A stretch of DNA of 49,757 bases, counting the filler, from Dimargaris cristalligena (taxonomy: Eukaryota): NCBI GenBank assembly GCA_003614675.1. It is 2 parts of 2 records of this genome, joined end to end, with 100 filler letters (N's around TTAATTAATTAA, not from the genome) between each part and the next. Parts side by side here need not be neighbours in the genome. Positions count along the whole stretch, not along the records: positions 1 to 24,833 come from ML002574.1; 1 more part is not named here. One strand, 5' to 3'. Shown one piece after another: positions 12,522 to 24,833 of this stretch (positions within the stretch are counted from its first letter, which is position 1; each line of letters starts with the position of its first letter). The notes below the pieces were generated by a model. It was given only the letters and a program-made list of their open reading frames with translations, searched no databases and was not told where the DNA came from. A program made the translations under genes and the position numbers.

Positions 12522-13616
12522 GCAGATAGAAGGAGTGAGTCAAGTAGGAATCACCAGCGGATGGGTCAAGTTGCAAGCAAGCCAGTAATTCCCGAAGGAA
12601 TACTACAAGGGAAACTACAATTAGGGCGGCAGACTAGGTAAATAAATAATTTGCCAGGGGAAGGCGCCTAGTTATCACCAAAAGTTGTGGGATAAGCTCC
12701 TTTTTGGTTGATTGGCGGCGAGCAAGTGCAGGTAGAGCAGTGTATGGGAGGTATCGATTACTTAATTCGGTTGTCCGTTAATAGAATGTAAGTAATTTCA
12801 AGGGTTGGCTGATTTATTAAAGTAGGGTTATACGACTGTGTGTGCCTGTAAGGGGGGGGATTCCTTTAAGTATGACAATCCAGATGGTATTATATTTTAG
12901 ACTAGCCCCTATCCGGAAAGGGATTTATAAAATGGATTAATTGGTTTAGTTAAGCTTTGGAATCATGTGGCCTTTGCTCGATTAGCTGAGGAGAGGGGTC
13001 ACAAATCATCCCATGCTTGGAAATCGTGCCACCCCTCCCTCCCCCCTGGTTAAATATTAATGGGACAGGCCTATTTGGGAAAGGGGTAATCTAGTGGTTA
13101 TATGGGTAAAGGAAGGAGGAGAACCTGCCTAAGTTTCGCTTTCATAATTGGTAATTAACCTGACTGGATGAGCGGTATTAGTGTAGTGAGAGAACCATAT
13201 TACATACCCTCATCTCGTCGCAAGGTTCATTCCCAGGCCGCTGGCGCTAAGTGGCAAGGAAGGGTGGGGTAGTTAGGGACGGGGGCGCGTGACTGGGTTA
13301 AAGGGCCTGCCGGACTATTGTCGCCAGCCAATCCCCAAATAATACGACGTTTGTTTTTGTGCTTGTGAACCTTATCTAGCGTTTCAGGTGTGGTGGTTAA
13401 GAGAGAAGTGAGGCAACGCCGCTGTTTTTGGGCAGACTGAAGTTACCCTGGTGACTAATATCAGGCCATAGATATATATATCACACCAGTGAGGGGCACA
13501 TAGGTACATGTGCTTCCGTTCCCCAACCGTTCTCCGCTGCACCGAATTTCCCCGCAACGAAGGAGAGGAGGGATGAATAATAGAAAGGAAGCCAATCAAT
13601 CGGCCTAGGGTATGAA

Positions 13617-13621
<5 letters not shown>

Positions 13622-13649
<28 letters not shown>
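13622..13649. repeat. (AT)n microsatellite about 200 nt upstream of the PanK start
   Basis: About 14 perfect AT units. Confidence 0.95.
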
Positions 13650-13854
13650 CAATATCCAACCGGCCCCTGTGCCATTTATAGGAAGTCCAAGTCCGCCGTT
13701 TTTTCCTGCTTCGTCTGAATAGCTCACTCCTCCTTCTTACCATAACCACCCTGGTTTCACTTTTCCGTTCCTATCAATTTTATTTATTTTGTACACTTAG
13801 CTTACTTATTAGAGAGGTATATAGAGATCTATTTCGGGTTACTTGCACCGGCAC

Positions 13855-14413
13855 ATGGACTCAACCACCGACTACAATGAGGAACGACCCAGTCCCAATG
13901 GCTCCCATCACATTGCATTGCCCAACCCAGACCTACGAAACCCTAGCATCGCCGTTGACGTAAGCACCTCCCTCTTAAGCTTCCATAGCCCGCTCAAGTC
14001 ACATGGCCCAGTCAGTTGGAACAGGGGGCTAGAGCGAGTAAACCACGGCACCCATTTCGGCCCGCCGATTAACCAACCAACAGGCCTATTCGGGTATACC
14101 CTTCGACATTACGCCCACCGGCAACCTTCGCATATATATATACTCACCCAGCCACACTTTCCCGCTTACCCTACTTGGCCCTTTATCTAGATTGGCGGGT
14201 CTTTAACCAAAGTTATCTACTTTACCCAGCACCCGTCCACGCCCGGCGGACGACTCAACTTCACTTGGTTCGAAACCGATCACATTGACCAATGTATCGA
14301 TTTCATCGGAGATTTGCTCCAGGACCGGGATAGCGCTAGTTCCACGGGGGCCGCTTCTCCTACCACCCCGACGCATCCTAACATTCTCCCAATGGCCCCT
14401 ACTACTTCTACTG

Positions 14414-14451
<38 letters not shown>

Positions 14452-16732
14452 GATGCCACAACGGAGGTCGGGGGAAGTTTTGATGAAGATGTACCGCTAC
14501 CTCGTCACATTCTCAAGGCGACCGGCGGTGGTGCCCATCTCTTCCAGAAACGATTCGTGGAAAGACTTGGTGTTATTCTGCAAAAGGAGGACGAAATGAG
14601 TTGCCTCGTTACCGGTGAGTATAGTGTCTGATCCGTGTATTTATACTTGGGAATCATAGTTGTCCGACCAATATATATATAGCATACTTCTACTACAGTG
14701 TAAATCAACCAGCTAATTGTCACCCCCCGCTGAAGCTCCTATTAGACTAATCCCTTCTTCAATTACCCTCTTCCATATATTCTCTAACCTAGGCCTCAAC
14801 TTCTTCATTACCCAAATCTCGGACGAGGTATTCACCTATTCCCACGAGGCACCCATGTGCTTCCAAAAGACGCCCAAAGAGCTTTACCCCTACATGCTAG
14901 TCAATATTGGTTCGGGTGTGAGCATACTTAAAGTCACCGGTAACGACCAGTACGAGCGTATCAGCGGTACGTCTTTGGGCGGGGGTACCCTCTGGGGCCT
15001 GCTCACGCTTCTGACCAAGGCCCGCACCTTCGATGAGATGCTGGAGCTTAGCAAGCACGGGGACAACCGAAACGTAGACATGTTAGTCGGCGATATTTAC
15101 GGAGCAGGCTACAGTAAAATCGGCCTCAAATCCACCACCATTGCTTCCACCATGGGTAAGGTGTTCCGTAAGCAACTGACCCCGGACACCAACTTCAACG
15201 ACAGCGACATCTCCCGTTCGCTACTGTACATGGTGAGTAACAACATTGGCCAAATTGCCTACCTCAATGCCAAAATCCACAACCTGCAGCGCATTTACTT
15301 CGGCGGGTCTTTTATCCAGGGCCACCCCGATACCATGCACACGTTGTCCTACGCCATCAATTTCTGGTCCCAGGGTACCATGAAGGCCCTGTTTCTCCGC
15401 CACGAGGGTTACTTGGGCGCCATGGGGGCCTACTTGAAACGCCGGGACCGTAAGTCCCGGTCCGGTTCCTTCTACGAAAACTTCACCGTGTCCCGTACGA
15501 TTGCCGATAGTTCCCTGAGCGCCTACGGTACCCTGGACCAAGCCCTCCTGTCTTTGAAGCCCTTCCCCCAGCTGGCGACCCTCGACAAGTACGACCCAGA
15601 TACTTTGGATCTTAACCCACCCCAGGCCCACGAATACTGGATCGATTTGCTAAGTCGCCGGCAGCCCCATATGAAGGCCCTGGCCGCCGAGTGGGCCGAG
15701 GCCCAGCAGGACCCCGACGCAACCCTCAAGAGCCAGAAATTCGACCAGATCTACCGGGCCCACCTCCAGCGCCTCCGCCAACAACCCCAGGCGTACGGCC
15801 CCATCACCATCCGGCACCTTTTGGCCCTGCGCGAACAGTGTCTCCAGGAGGTGGGGTTCCGGGACATTTTTGCCTCCATTAAGGAAAAGGAAACGGCTCT
15901 GGCGCTGCGTAGCCTGCCGAAGCTGTGGGCCGATGTCAACACGATTACGGACCTGGCGAGCCGGGTGGATGTCCTTATTGAAAACGCCTTGGCCGGGAAT
16001 ATGTTCGATTGGGGATCCAATGCCATTGTGGAACTCATGGAAAAGGGGGAACTCGACTTCACGTCGGCCAAAGGACATGTGCACCGCCATGCCATTTACG
16101 ATAATCGGCGGGACTTTATCCGCAAATTCGCGAAGCTGGGGTCCGAGACCGAGACTGTGGCTGACTCAGCGCAAACTTCCCCGCCCCATTCCCTATCATC
16201 GTCATCATCATCATCATCATCGTCGTCGTCACTATCGTCGCCGCCCTACCATAAAGCGGTTCTATTCGTCGACAACAGCGGGGCCGATATCGTCTTGGGT
16301 ATGCTTCCCTTGGCGCTATTCCTACTCCAGCAGGGCATCCGGGTGATTATTGCGTGTAACTCTTACCCGGCGGTCAACGACGTGACGGCCGACGAACTGG
16401 TGGATACCCTGGAGCAAGCCCGGGCCCTGGTGCCCGAATTGGATGACTACCTGGAGACTTACCGACTGGAAGTCATGGGCACGGGCAACGCCACCCCTTG
16501 CTTGGACCTGGCGCGCCTTAACGAAGACCTGGTGGACGCCTGCCAAGACGTGGATCTGGTTATTCTCGAAGGGATGGGCCGGGCTATTCACACGAATTTC
16601 CGGGCCCAGTTCCGCTGTGATTCGCTGAAACTGGCGGTGTTTAAAAATGACGTGACGGCCCAGGCACTAGGAGCGGAAATTTACGATGCCATTTGTATAT
16701 TCGAAGAGCCGGCTGATACAGCATCCGACTAA
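13855..16732 (+). CDS. Type II pantothenate kinase fused to a DUF89 phosphatase domain (PANK4 / plant PANK2 architecture). Exons 13855-13959, 14191-14614, 14793-16732.
   Basis: Splicing at GTAAGC..TAG and GTGAGT..TAG rebuilds IAVD|IGGSLTK, KATGGGAH, KEDEMSCLVT|GLNF, LVNIGSGVS, RISGTSLGGGT and FLRHEGYLGA. The C-terminal half has DUF89 motifs AGNMFDWG, LFVDNSGAD and LEGMGRAIHTN. Confidence 0.93.
14416..14451 (+). repeat. (ACT)12 coding repeat giving poly-Thr in PanK exon 2
   Basis: Perfect trinucleotide run in the PanK reading frame. Confidence 0.9.
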
Positions 16733-18521
16733 GCCAAAAAATTTAGTAATGCTAGCAAGTGAGAGTGAGAGAGAGAGAGAGAGATGTGCTGGTCGGGTAA
16801 TAGACCACCAAGGTGCTGGTGGCTCTCTATTGGTCATGCTTTGGTTTGGGATGTTCTGGTGTAGATGGTAATCATGGTTGGGACTATTTAATTTTTCATT
16901 TTACACCCTTGGCACTATGGCGCTGGCTCTATTTCGACTGTTTAGTTACTACTCGCCGCTTTATTTATTAGATCTTGGCAATTGGAAATGAAAGTGTAAA
17001 GATAACTAAAAGTAGCCATATGGAATGTATTTAGGGGGGAGGGGGAGGTTTGGTAGCTCGGCCAGTATCGACAACGGCTAGTATAGCGGGGGATATTTAG
17101 CAACTGTAACTGGCGGAAGTGGGCCCATCCACAAACCGGGCCAGAGTGGTGGGGCGGACTAAACAAATGTCCAAATATTTGAAGGGGCACGGGGAAAGGG
17201 ACGCTGTATCCTCTGAATGACCCTTGGGAACGTTCCCCAACAGTCCAATGGCTTCTAGGGGCACCCGCCCCCCTCCTATTGAGCATATTTGCATGCTTGG
17301 CGAATTCGTGGAGTTCAAACAATACAAATAACCATTGGATTTTCGATACCGCAGTTTTCGATTCTATGGTGTCCACTGGGGGGATGTCTGAACTGTGAAG
17401 TGGACTATGTATGTCTTTGCTGGGGCGATGATTGTATGGTGGGGAATTGGTTAGTATTTGGAGGGGGGTTCTAAATAAAGCTATAAATAGACTAATGCAA
17501 AGTAAACTTAACGACATAGGTAGGTGCGTTTGGGTCTGGCCATAGTTGGCACTCCCATTAAGTCCACCTAAGCGAAGTGCCAGATGCCCAGCATTCGCCA
17601 AATCTCCACCTCCTGGGCTACAGATGCTTCGTCAAATTAGCGGCAATAATCGCGCAAGTCGATCAGCTCTAATTACAAATGTAGATAGGAAAATGAGGTA
17701 CTTTGTCGGGGTAGATGCAGGTGGACTAGGGGTGGGGTATAAACAGAGAGAGAGAGAGATAGAGGCGTAGTGTCGCCGCCATCGTCATCATCACCCCGAT
17801 TTGTCGGCTTTTTGGACATTGACCCTGTCAATACCGGTTATGGGGTAGTTGCTTATGCACGGGCATGTAGTCCGGAATTTCGGAGTAGAATGCACCCTCA
17901 AGGTCGAATAGAGGAATATTGGGAATATAGGGCAACTACAGTAGACAATTGAGGTACTAGCTCTACCACAGTGTCGGCCTGGCTCATGGTGCAGTTGTTC
18001 CACATGCGCCGGGTCAGGAGGAAATCAACCCGCCGCAACCCTAAATTTGGCCAAGGCTTGCGCAAATTATTAGGGATATTGCCAAGGCTAACCCAATTTC
18101 TGGGCATACTAATTAAGGACGTTGTATAGGCGCGGTGGAGCGGCAATAGCGTAGAGTTGAGTTACACGAGGAATTGGCGTGGGTGACGAAGTTCTGTGAC
18201 TCTGGGCTGCTCGTGAAGCAAAAAGTCTTTATCACCTTGGTGCGTCTCTCTCTCCCTCTCTCTTTCACCCTTTCTTAGGCCATCCACTCTTATGGCCCCC
18301 TCTCTCTCTTCCCCCTCCTTCCTTGGCCATTGCCCTCCCGCAATGCACTTAAAACTCCTCCGTACCCTTCTCTTCCCTTAGTCTCACCCTAGTTCATTCC
18401 ACAGTTTATATATCTCTATATATATATATATTTATGTCCACTTTTTGTTTCAGGTCAATCTACTACAAACTGTACGCCCTCCTCCTCGGTTCCTTGCCTA
18501 TCGTTTGACCTGCGTTTGCCC

Positions 18522-21500
18522 ATGGCTCACCACCTAGCCAGCCCCGGCCTTGAGGTACTTTCCCCTGCTTCCGACCCCGCTTCCCCACTCTCAACTGCCC
18601 GGGATTCCCTCCAAGACACCTCCTCCAGGTCCACCGTCGGTACCTCGCATGTCGATATTGCCGGCATGGGGAGTACTCCGGGCGCGGTGGGTGGGAGCCG
18701 CCGGAACCCCTCGACCGACCTGGCCAACACTACCCAGCGCTCCCCGGAGCCCCCGGCACTTCCCACCGCTGCCCCACCCCCGGCCGCTAGTCCCGACGAG
18801 CGGCGTAAAATGAACCGGTCGTTCGGCCCCATAAAGTTCCTAGACCGACTATTACCCAATTTCAACAAACCCGGTGCCCCGCAGTCGGCCCAACAGCAGC
18901 AGCAGCAACCGTACTCTTCATTGACTAGCTTATACCGAACCGACACCCGTGAGAGCGGCCATTCCGGCACCCATTCCCCATCCAGCCACGCCGCGGGACA
19001 CGAACGGGTGGGGGGAACCCAAAGTGGACCCGGTTCGCGCACGGGGGTTCGGATTGACGGCACCATTCAGTACCTGCGGGTGCGGTCGCGTCATAAAAAC
19101 ACCCGCTTATTGAATCGCCTCTTTTTGGCCCAACAGCTCAATCCCATCTTCGACTGGCCGGCCGCCGTGAACCTGTCCCCGCGGTCGTCGCGCTATGCCC
19201 CGTCCATTGCGGGAAGTGTCGGGGGAGGTCCTACCTCGCCCGCTCAAAAAGGGGCCGCCACCAACACCAGCACCGGTTCTCTGACCATCGATACATCCTG
19301 TGTCAATCGGTCCCGGGTCGGTTCAAACGCCTCCTCCCACCCTAGCGCGCCCCCGGGCCGGGTGATGCGCACCTCCATACCCGGAGGCATCACGACAAAC
19401 GCCAACCTCTCGAATTCATCCCTGATTCGCTCGCCGGGGGCGTCGCCCCGCCCTTCTCTCTCGCACCCCGGTGGCCATGCCTTACCCGAAGCCGTCTTTT
19501 GCTTGAAATTCAGCCAAAATGGTAAATACTTGGCCAGTGGGGGGCAGGGTAGTGTGGTGCGGGTTTGGCGGTTGCGGGATCCCTCCCACGGTCCGTCGAC
19601 CTCTAACCATCCTTTGGCTGGTGTGCCCAGTTTCGATAACCTCAAAGCATCCGATACCCACTCCATCCGTACGAATCCGGAGTCAGAAACCCCCTACACG
19701 GCCCCGTCCGAGTCAGCCTTCCCCGGGGACTCGGAGACTTCGGACTCCCAGATTCCCTCAACCGACTCCTTCAGCATTTTCGAAGACGCGCCTTACCGCG
19801 AGTATCACGGACATACCCGGGACATCCTCGACCTCTCCTGGTCCAAACACGATTTCCTACTCTCCTCCTCCATGGACAAAACGGTCCGTTTGTGGCACAT
19901 TAGTCGGCAGGAATGCCTGTGCTGTTTCCACCACATTGATTTCGTCACCTCTATCGCTTTTCATCCCCGGGATGACCGCTTTTTCTTATCCGGCTCGTTA
20001 GACGGCAAAGTGCGGCTGTGGAACATTCCCGAAAAAAAAGTGGCCTCGTGGACCGAGTTGCCCGACGGCCATTTGATTACCGCCGTGGGGTTCGCTTCCA
20101 AGGAGGGCACCATCGTCGCGGCGGGTAGTCACCGGGGCCTATGCGTCTTTTACGAAACCGATGGTCTAAAATATCACACCCAAATCCAGGTGCGGTCTAC
20201 GCGCGGCCGCAATGCCCGTGGCCACAAAATCACCGGCATCCAGGCTATCCCGTCCGCTTCGTTTGGGGAAGATAAGCTTTTGATTACGTCCAACGATTCG
20301 CGCATCCGCTTGTACAACATGAAGGACAAATCACTGGAGCGCAAGTATAAGGGTCACGTGAATAACAGCAGCCAGATCCGGGCTACCTTCAGCCCCGACG
20401 GCAAGCGTATTATTTGCGGGTCCGAAGACCATAACATCTACATTTGGGACACCCAGCCTTCCATTGTGCACAAGACGGTCTACCAGGATAGTGTGTATTA
20501 CACCCAGGCCCCCATGCTCCTCAGTTCCAACGCCGGCGGAGGAGCGTTTAAACGGCGCGACCGGGACCAGGTGGGTATCGAATGGTTCGCCGGTGGCGGC
20601 CATTCCATCGTTACCGCGGCCATTTTTGCCCCACCCGAAACGGTCCAGTGGCTGTCACAGCACCACGACTCCATTTTCTCCAACCAGGCGGTCATTGGTA
20701 GTGGCCAGAGTGTCCGGAGTTGTCGAACTAATATCTACAGCGGCCCCAGTTCCCTCAGCATGAGTCAGTTGGGTTCCTCTACCACGGGCGGTGGTGGTGG
20801 TGCGCCCGCGTCGGATATCGCCACCCCCGATGATGCTTCCGAGCGATCGGCGATTTATTCCCAGCTCAACGGCAGTCGCCCGGGTGGGGGTGGCGGCGGT
20901 ACGATCCGGTCGCTGCACATTGGACCCGATCCCCCAGGCTCGGCCGCTAATCTGCCCCAATCCGGCGCCATTAACCAAGACATTATCATCACCGCCGGTT
21001 ACGATGGGGTCATTCGGGTATACCGCTGCGATACGCGTCCCGAGGGTGATATCATGAAGGCCCAACAACGTTTAATTCCGCGGAGTAAAACGTCCATCGT
21101 CCCGACGGGCGGTGGAAGTGGCAGTAGTATTAGTCGGGCCACCACCACGCTCGCTTCTAACGGGGGATCCAGTCGCTTAGGGGTCAACCCTAATACCAGT
21201 ACCCAGAGTGTACTATCGGGCCTCAGTTTAGGCGGGGGTGGTAGTAGTGTTCCCCGGCCACCCGGGCCGCCTAAGTCCCAAACGGCCCCCGCTTCGGCCA
21301 ATATATCCGATGTTGCCTTGGCCCCTCAGCCGGACCCCCTTCCCCCGAAAAACGCCACGGCCGCCGTCGCTGCTGCTGTCGAACCTTTCACCACCCCTAC
21401 CATTACTACTAATGACCCCCCCGTCCTCGTACACGGCCGTACGTCGGTGGAATCCACGAACCGATTCGCCACTCCTTCAATTTTTGAGTTCTTCGGGTTA

Positions 21501-22712
21501 ACCAAAAAGAAGAACTCGAGTCGGGCCCGCCACCAAAGTGAAGCACCCCCCGTCCACGGCCCCATGGTGCGGCGTCGTTCTACCACGTTACCTGGTCAAA
21601 CTAGTCTCCGGGGTCCGGTACCCGGCGAAAAGGACGACGGTCCGGCAGGGCAGAGGGACCGGGGGGATAGTAGCGCCTATGAGTCCAACTCGGACTCAGA
21701 AGGTATGGCGTCCGACAGTGAAATCACCACCGGCCCCGGTACCGGAGGGAGAAGTGAAGGGGGATCAAAATACAATTCGAAGTGGACCAGTCGTTACGCA
21801 GCCTCCGTTAAATCCTCCAGCGGTCGGTTTTACCAACGTGCGGGCCTTTCCACCTCCAGTCTAGCGTCGATGCAAAGTACCCCCGAAGGGATCGTGCGTC
21901 CGCTCATGTCCGCCGGAGATAACGGCCCTCACTCGCCCCCTCCACTTCCCCCTCCTCCGCATTCTTATTCCCATTCCAAGTCGCAGTCTCAGTCCCACCA
22001 CCAGTCCCACCGGTCGGAATCGTTCGCCCAAAAGGGCGGACCCGGAACTACTCCAATGACTAGTGCCAGTACGTTGTTCCAGCGACGACGGTCATCGAGT
22101 GGCTATTCCACCCACTCCGTCGCCGAAATTCAATTATCATCCGAACCTCCGGCGACGCTGTCGTTATCGGCATTGGCATCAGCATCGGCAGATGCCCGAC
22201 GCCCCCGCTTTACGACTACGCTATCATCATCCCTGCGTAAATCGCTGGCCTCGGCGAACGTATCCAGCCCCTCACCATCGCCTCCGGCAACGTCAACGGT
22301 ACCAAATCTGCTGCCCCGACCCCCTTCCCGGTCGAAATCCAGGCCCGCGGCGAGTGGCCTTTTCCCCCCCGCCGTCCCTCCGCTCCCGACCATGACTACC
22401 ACCACACCGCAAACGAAACCCCCTACGAAAAATACGGGCACAAGTGGTCGTAGTCCCCCCACCGGTACGTCAGCGGTTTCAGGAAAAAGACCAGGGCCGG
22501 GATCAACCGGGTCACCGCCACTATCATCGTCACCCCCGCTGAGCTGTCCGAACTGCCAAAGTGCGAATGTGCATACGTTCGATGTCGTACTTTCGGGTCC
22601 AGCAGCGGTCCATTCACCGCCCGCGGGATCCCAGAAGGCGGCCCAGGCCGCTTCGGTGATTCCCAGAGGCCAGCTCACCATTTGCCTCGAATGTCGAGCC
22701 ATGATAAGCTAA
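18522..22712 (+). CDS. WD40-repeat protein, WDR44 / yeast DGR2-YMR102C family, with long disordered flanks
   Basis: About 1396-aa ORF from the first ATG at 18522. Family-typical segments: AVFCLKFSQNGKYLASGG, YHGHTRDILDLSWSKHDFLLSSSMDKTVRLWH, FVTSIAFHPRDDRFFLSGSLDGKVRLWNI, LLITSNDSRIRLY. A probable 5'UTR intron runs from GTGCGT (18240) to TTTCAG (18453). Confidence 0.88.
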   Translation: MAHHLASPGLEVLSPASDPASPLSTARDSLQDTSSRSTVGTSHVDIAGMGSTPGAVGGSRRNPSTDLANTTQRSPEPPALPTAAPPPAASPDERRKMNRSFGPIKFLDRLLPNFNKPGAPQSAQQQQQQPYSSLTSLYRTDTRESGHSGTHSPSSHAAGHERVGGTQSGPGSRTGVRIDGTIQYLRVRSRHKNTRLLNRLFLAQQLNPIFDWPAAVNLSPRSSRYAPSIAGSVGGGPTSPAQKGAATNTSTGSLTIDTSCVNRSRVGSNASSHPSAPPGRVMRTSIPGGITTNANLSNSSLIRSPGASPRPSLSHPGGHALPEAVFCLKFSQNGKYLASGGQGSVVRVWRLRDPSHGPSTSNHPLAGVPSFDNLKASDTHSIRTNPESETPYTAPSESAFPGDSETSDSQIPSTDSFSIFEDAPYREYHGHTRDILDLSWSKHDFLLSSSMDKTVRLWHISRQECLCCFHHIDFVTSIAFHPRDDRFFLSGSLDGKVRLWNIPEKKVASWTELPDGHLITAVGFASKEGTIVAAGSHRGLCVFYETDGLKYHTQIQVRSTRGRNARGHKITGIQAIPSASFGEDKLLITSNDSRIRLYNMKDKSLERKYKGHVNNSSQIRATFSPDGKRIICGSEDHNIYIWDTQPSIVHKTVYQDSVYYTQAPMLLSSNAGGGAFKRRDRDQVGIEWFAGGGHSIVTAAIFAPPETVQWLSQHHDSIFSNQAVIGSGQSVRSCRTNIYSGPSSLSMSQLGSSTTGGGGGAPASDIATPDDASERSAIYSQLNGSRPGGGGGGTIRSLHIGPDPPGSAANLPQSGAINQDIIITAGYDGVIRVYRCDTRPEGDIMKAQQRLIPRSKTSIVPTGGGSGSSISRATTTLASNGGSSRLGVNPNTSTQSVLSGLSLGGGGSSVPRPPGPPKSQTAPASANISDVALAPQPDPLPPKNATAAVAAAVEPFTTPTITTNDPPVLVHGRTSVESTNRFATPSIFEFFGLTKKKNSSRARHQSEAPPVHGPMVRRRSTTLPGQTSLRGPVPGEKDDGPAGQRDRGDSSAYESNSDSEGMASDSEITTGPGTGGRSEGGSKYNSKWTSRYAASVKSSSGRFYQRAGLSTSSLASMQSTPEGIVRPLMSAGDNGPHSPPPLPPPPHSYSHSKSQSQSHHQSHRSESFAQKGGPGTTPMTSASTLFQRRRSSSGYSTHSVAEIQLSSEPPATLSLSALASASADARRPRFTTTLSSSLRKSLASANVSSPSPSPPATSTVPNLLPRPPSRSKSRPAASGLFPPAVPPLPTMTTTTPQTKPPTKNTGTSGRSPPTGTSAVSGKRPGPGSTGSPPLSSSPPLSCPNCQSANVHTFDVVLSGPAAVHSPPAGSQKAAQAASVIPRGQLTICLECRAMIS

Positions 22713-24692
22713 AGAGTACAACCACCAGGCCTTTTTTTTCACTTTTTATTTATTTAGAAGAACATTTATACTACTCCGCCCATCCTTTATCTTAATGCTA
22801 TTTGCTAAAGATATTTATGCTCTTCTCTTTCACCCAGCTGGAATGCATAGCATTTTTTCCCTTAACGTAAAATTATTTTTTGAGGAATTCGCGCAGTTAT
22901 GGTTGGACTTTAGAACCCGGACGGGTAACCCCAAATGAACAGACTTTTCGACCTTTAAATTAATTTATATGGATTCTTTATTATTATTATTTTAGTTTAG
23001 GTTAGGTTAGTTTGGATTATATATTTATTTATTTCCGTTGGTGCCGACATCTTCGATGAGTTAAAACCATTTGTTTTATCCCTTACATTATGCATCATCA
23101 TTTCATTGATTGTTTATTGGTTTAAAAATTAAACGAATACCATGCTGATATATATATATATGGTTTTTTCGGCAGTGGGGGTACAGGGTCAGCTAAAGGG
23201 GCTCAGAGGTGCAGGGGCATAGATGGTATAAGGGTTTCCTACCATCGGAGATGTTAAAGATATAGAGCGATAGAATAGGGCACAGGTACGTACTCGAAAG
23301 AAACTCTTAAAGAACATAGTAGGGGGTTATAATCGTTTGCATTTTATTCGTAGAATGGGAAATTTGGCTGTATGTACACGCCAACCGAAACCATAGGGGT
23401 TACCCCATTATATTTGCAAGGTCGACAAGGTCCAAATAGTAAATGTGGTTGTTATATTCCTGCATGATCTGACATAGTTCAAGAAGACATTAGAATGTTA
23501 GCGTAGTCAGAGCTACTGGTCTTACGTAAACTAGGCGAGGTTGGGAACCAGTATGGCGCTGACATTAACTGCTGTAAATTAGTAGTTGATATAGCGATAA
23601 GGTATGCCATGGATATCGGTAAATTATTTTAGAAAAAAATAACCGTTGGATAAGGAACCGTAGATTCAGTTCACATGCTATAAGCATACTATTGAATTTA
23701 CATATATTTTTGTATCGTCAAATTCGACCGACGATTGCGATTCCGCAAGCCGATTATTTGTGATTGATCGATATCCGTTTCATCATCTCATATTATTTAA
23801 CAAATACCATTTAGTTTACATGTTAGACATACCCACTGTATACCTGAAACACTGGTCAATATCCAAAACTGCGCGATAATTCAACATATTACATTCGGCT
23901 CGACTGTTCGCTGCAAATGGCCATATGGGGTTAACAATAAAGCTTTATCAATATTGTATGATTATAGGTAAGAAAAGATAGAGAATATAAAATATAAGAA
24001 AGAATAGGTGTAACGTGGACCGGATTGAAGTTTATAAAATGGCTCGATATCAAGAACGTATCAAATAATGGAGGCGAAGATCGGCAAAAGGTTAAGCAGG
24101 TCTAGTGGCTCAATGGTAAATATCATAATAGGGCAAAGTGTGGCGGGGGGTATTATGATACATAATTGGGAACATAATTGTAATGATAAACGGAAGTTGG
24201 TTAGGTAAGCATAAATATGAATACAAGGGATTGGATGTTAGATTACTGATAAACAGCCAATGATACCTGGAAAGAACACAGAAAGGATAAGGCATAGGGG
24301 GGGGGGATAGGCATAAATAGGAAGTATAGTCAAGGTGCGATCAATATCTAGAATCATAAATGTAAATGTGGAATTATAAATATGCAAAATCAATAGTAGA
24401 CATACGTAGAATAAAGGGGTATATAGCCAAAGAGAGCTATATTTGCGTAGGGCAATGCGTGAGTAAGAATAGTGGGTAGGGGAGGATTGGTTGATAAGGG
24501 TATAGTTGCGGATAGTGAATAAAGGCGTATGTATAGAGTAAAACAATGGGTAAGAATAATAACAGAGGCGAGATTAATGGATGAGGTAGGGGAGGGGAGG
24601 GTAGAGTAGAGTAAAGTAGGGAGTGATGATGGGTAGAAGTAGGGGTGAGTGGGCGAATGTGAATAGAAACGTGGACAGGGAATGCCATAAGC

Positions 24693-24833
24693 CTAATAGC
24701 CCATGGGTAGTTGTCGGTCAACTCTAGGGCGATTCCGCTTGGATGATCGGGACGCCCCGGATAGCGCCGAAGATGACATCGACGTGGATGCAGAACCCGA
24801 TGATGCGGTCCGGGTGAGTTGTGGGGGAGGCGA
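24693..24833 (-). CDS. Probable 3' end of a minus-strand gene truncated by the spacer
   Basis: GC-rich 47-codon frame SPPPQLTRTASSGSASTSMSSSALSGASRSSKRNRPRVDRQLPMGY*, open up to the Ns. It is followed by a long pyrimidine-rich, 3'UTR-like stretch on the minus strand. Confidence 0.45.
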   Translation of the reverse strand, partial: SPPPQLTRTASSGSASTSMSSSALSGASRSSKRNRPRVDRQLPMGY

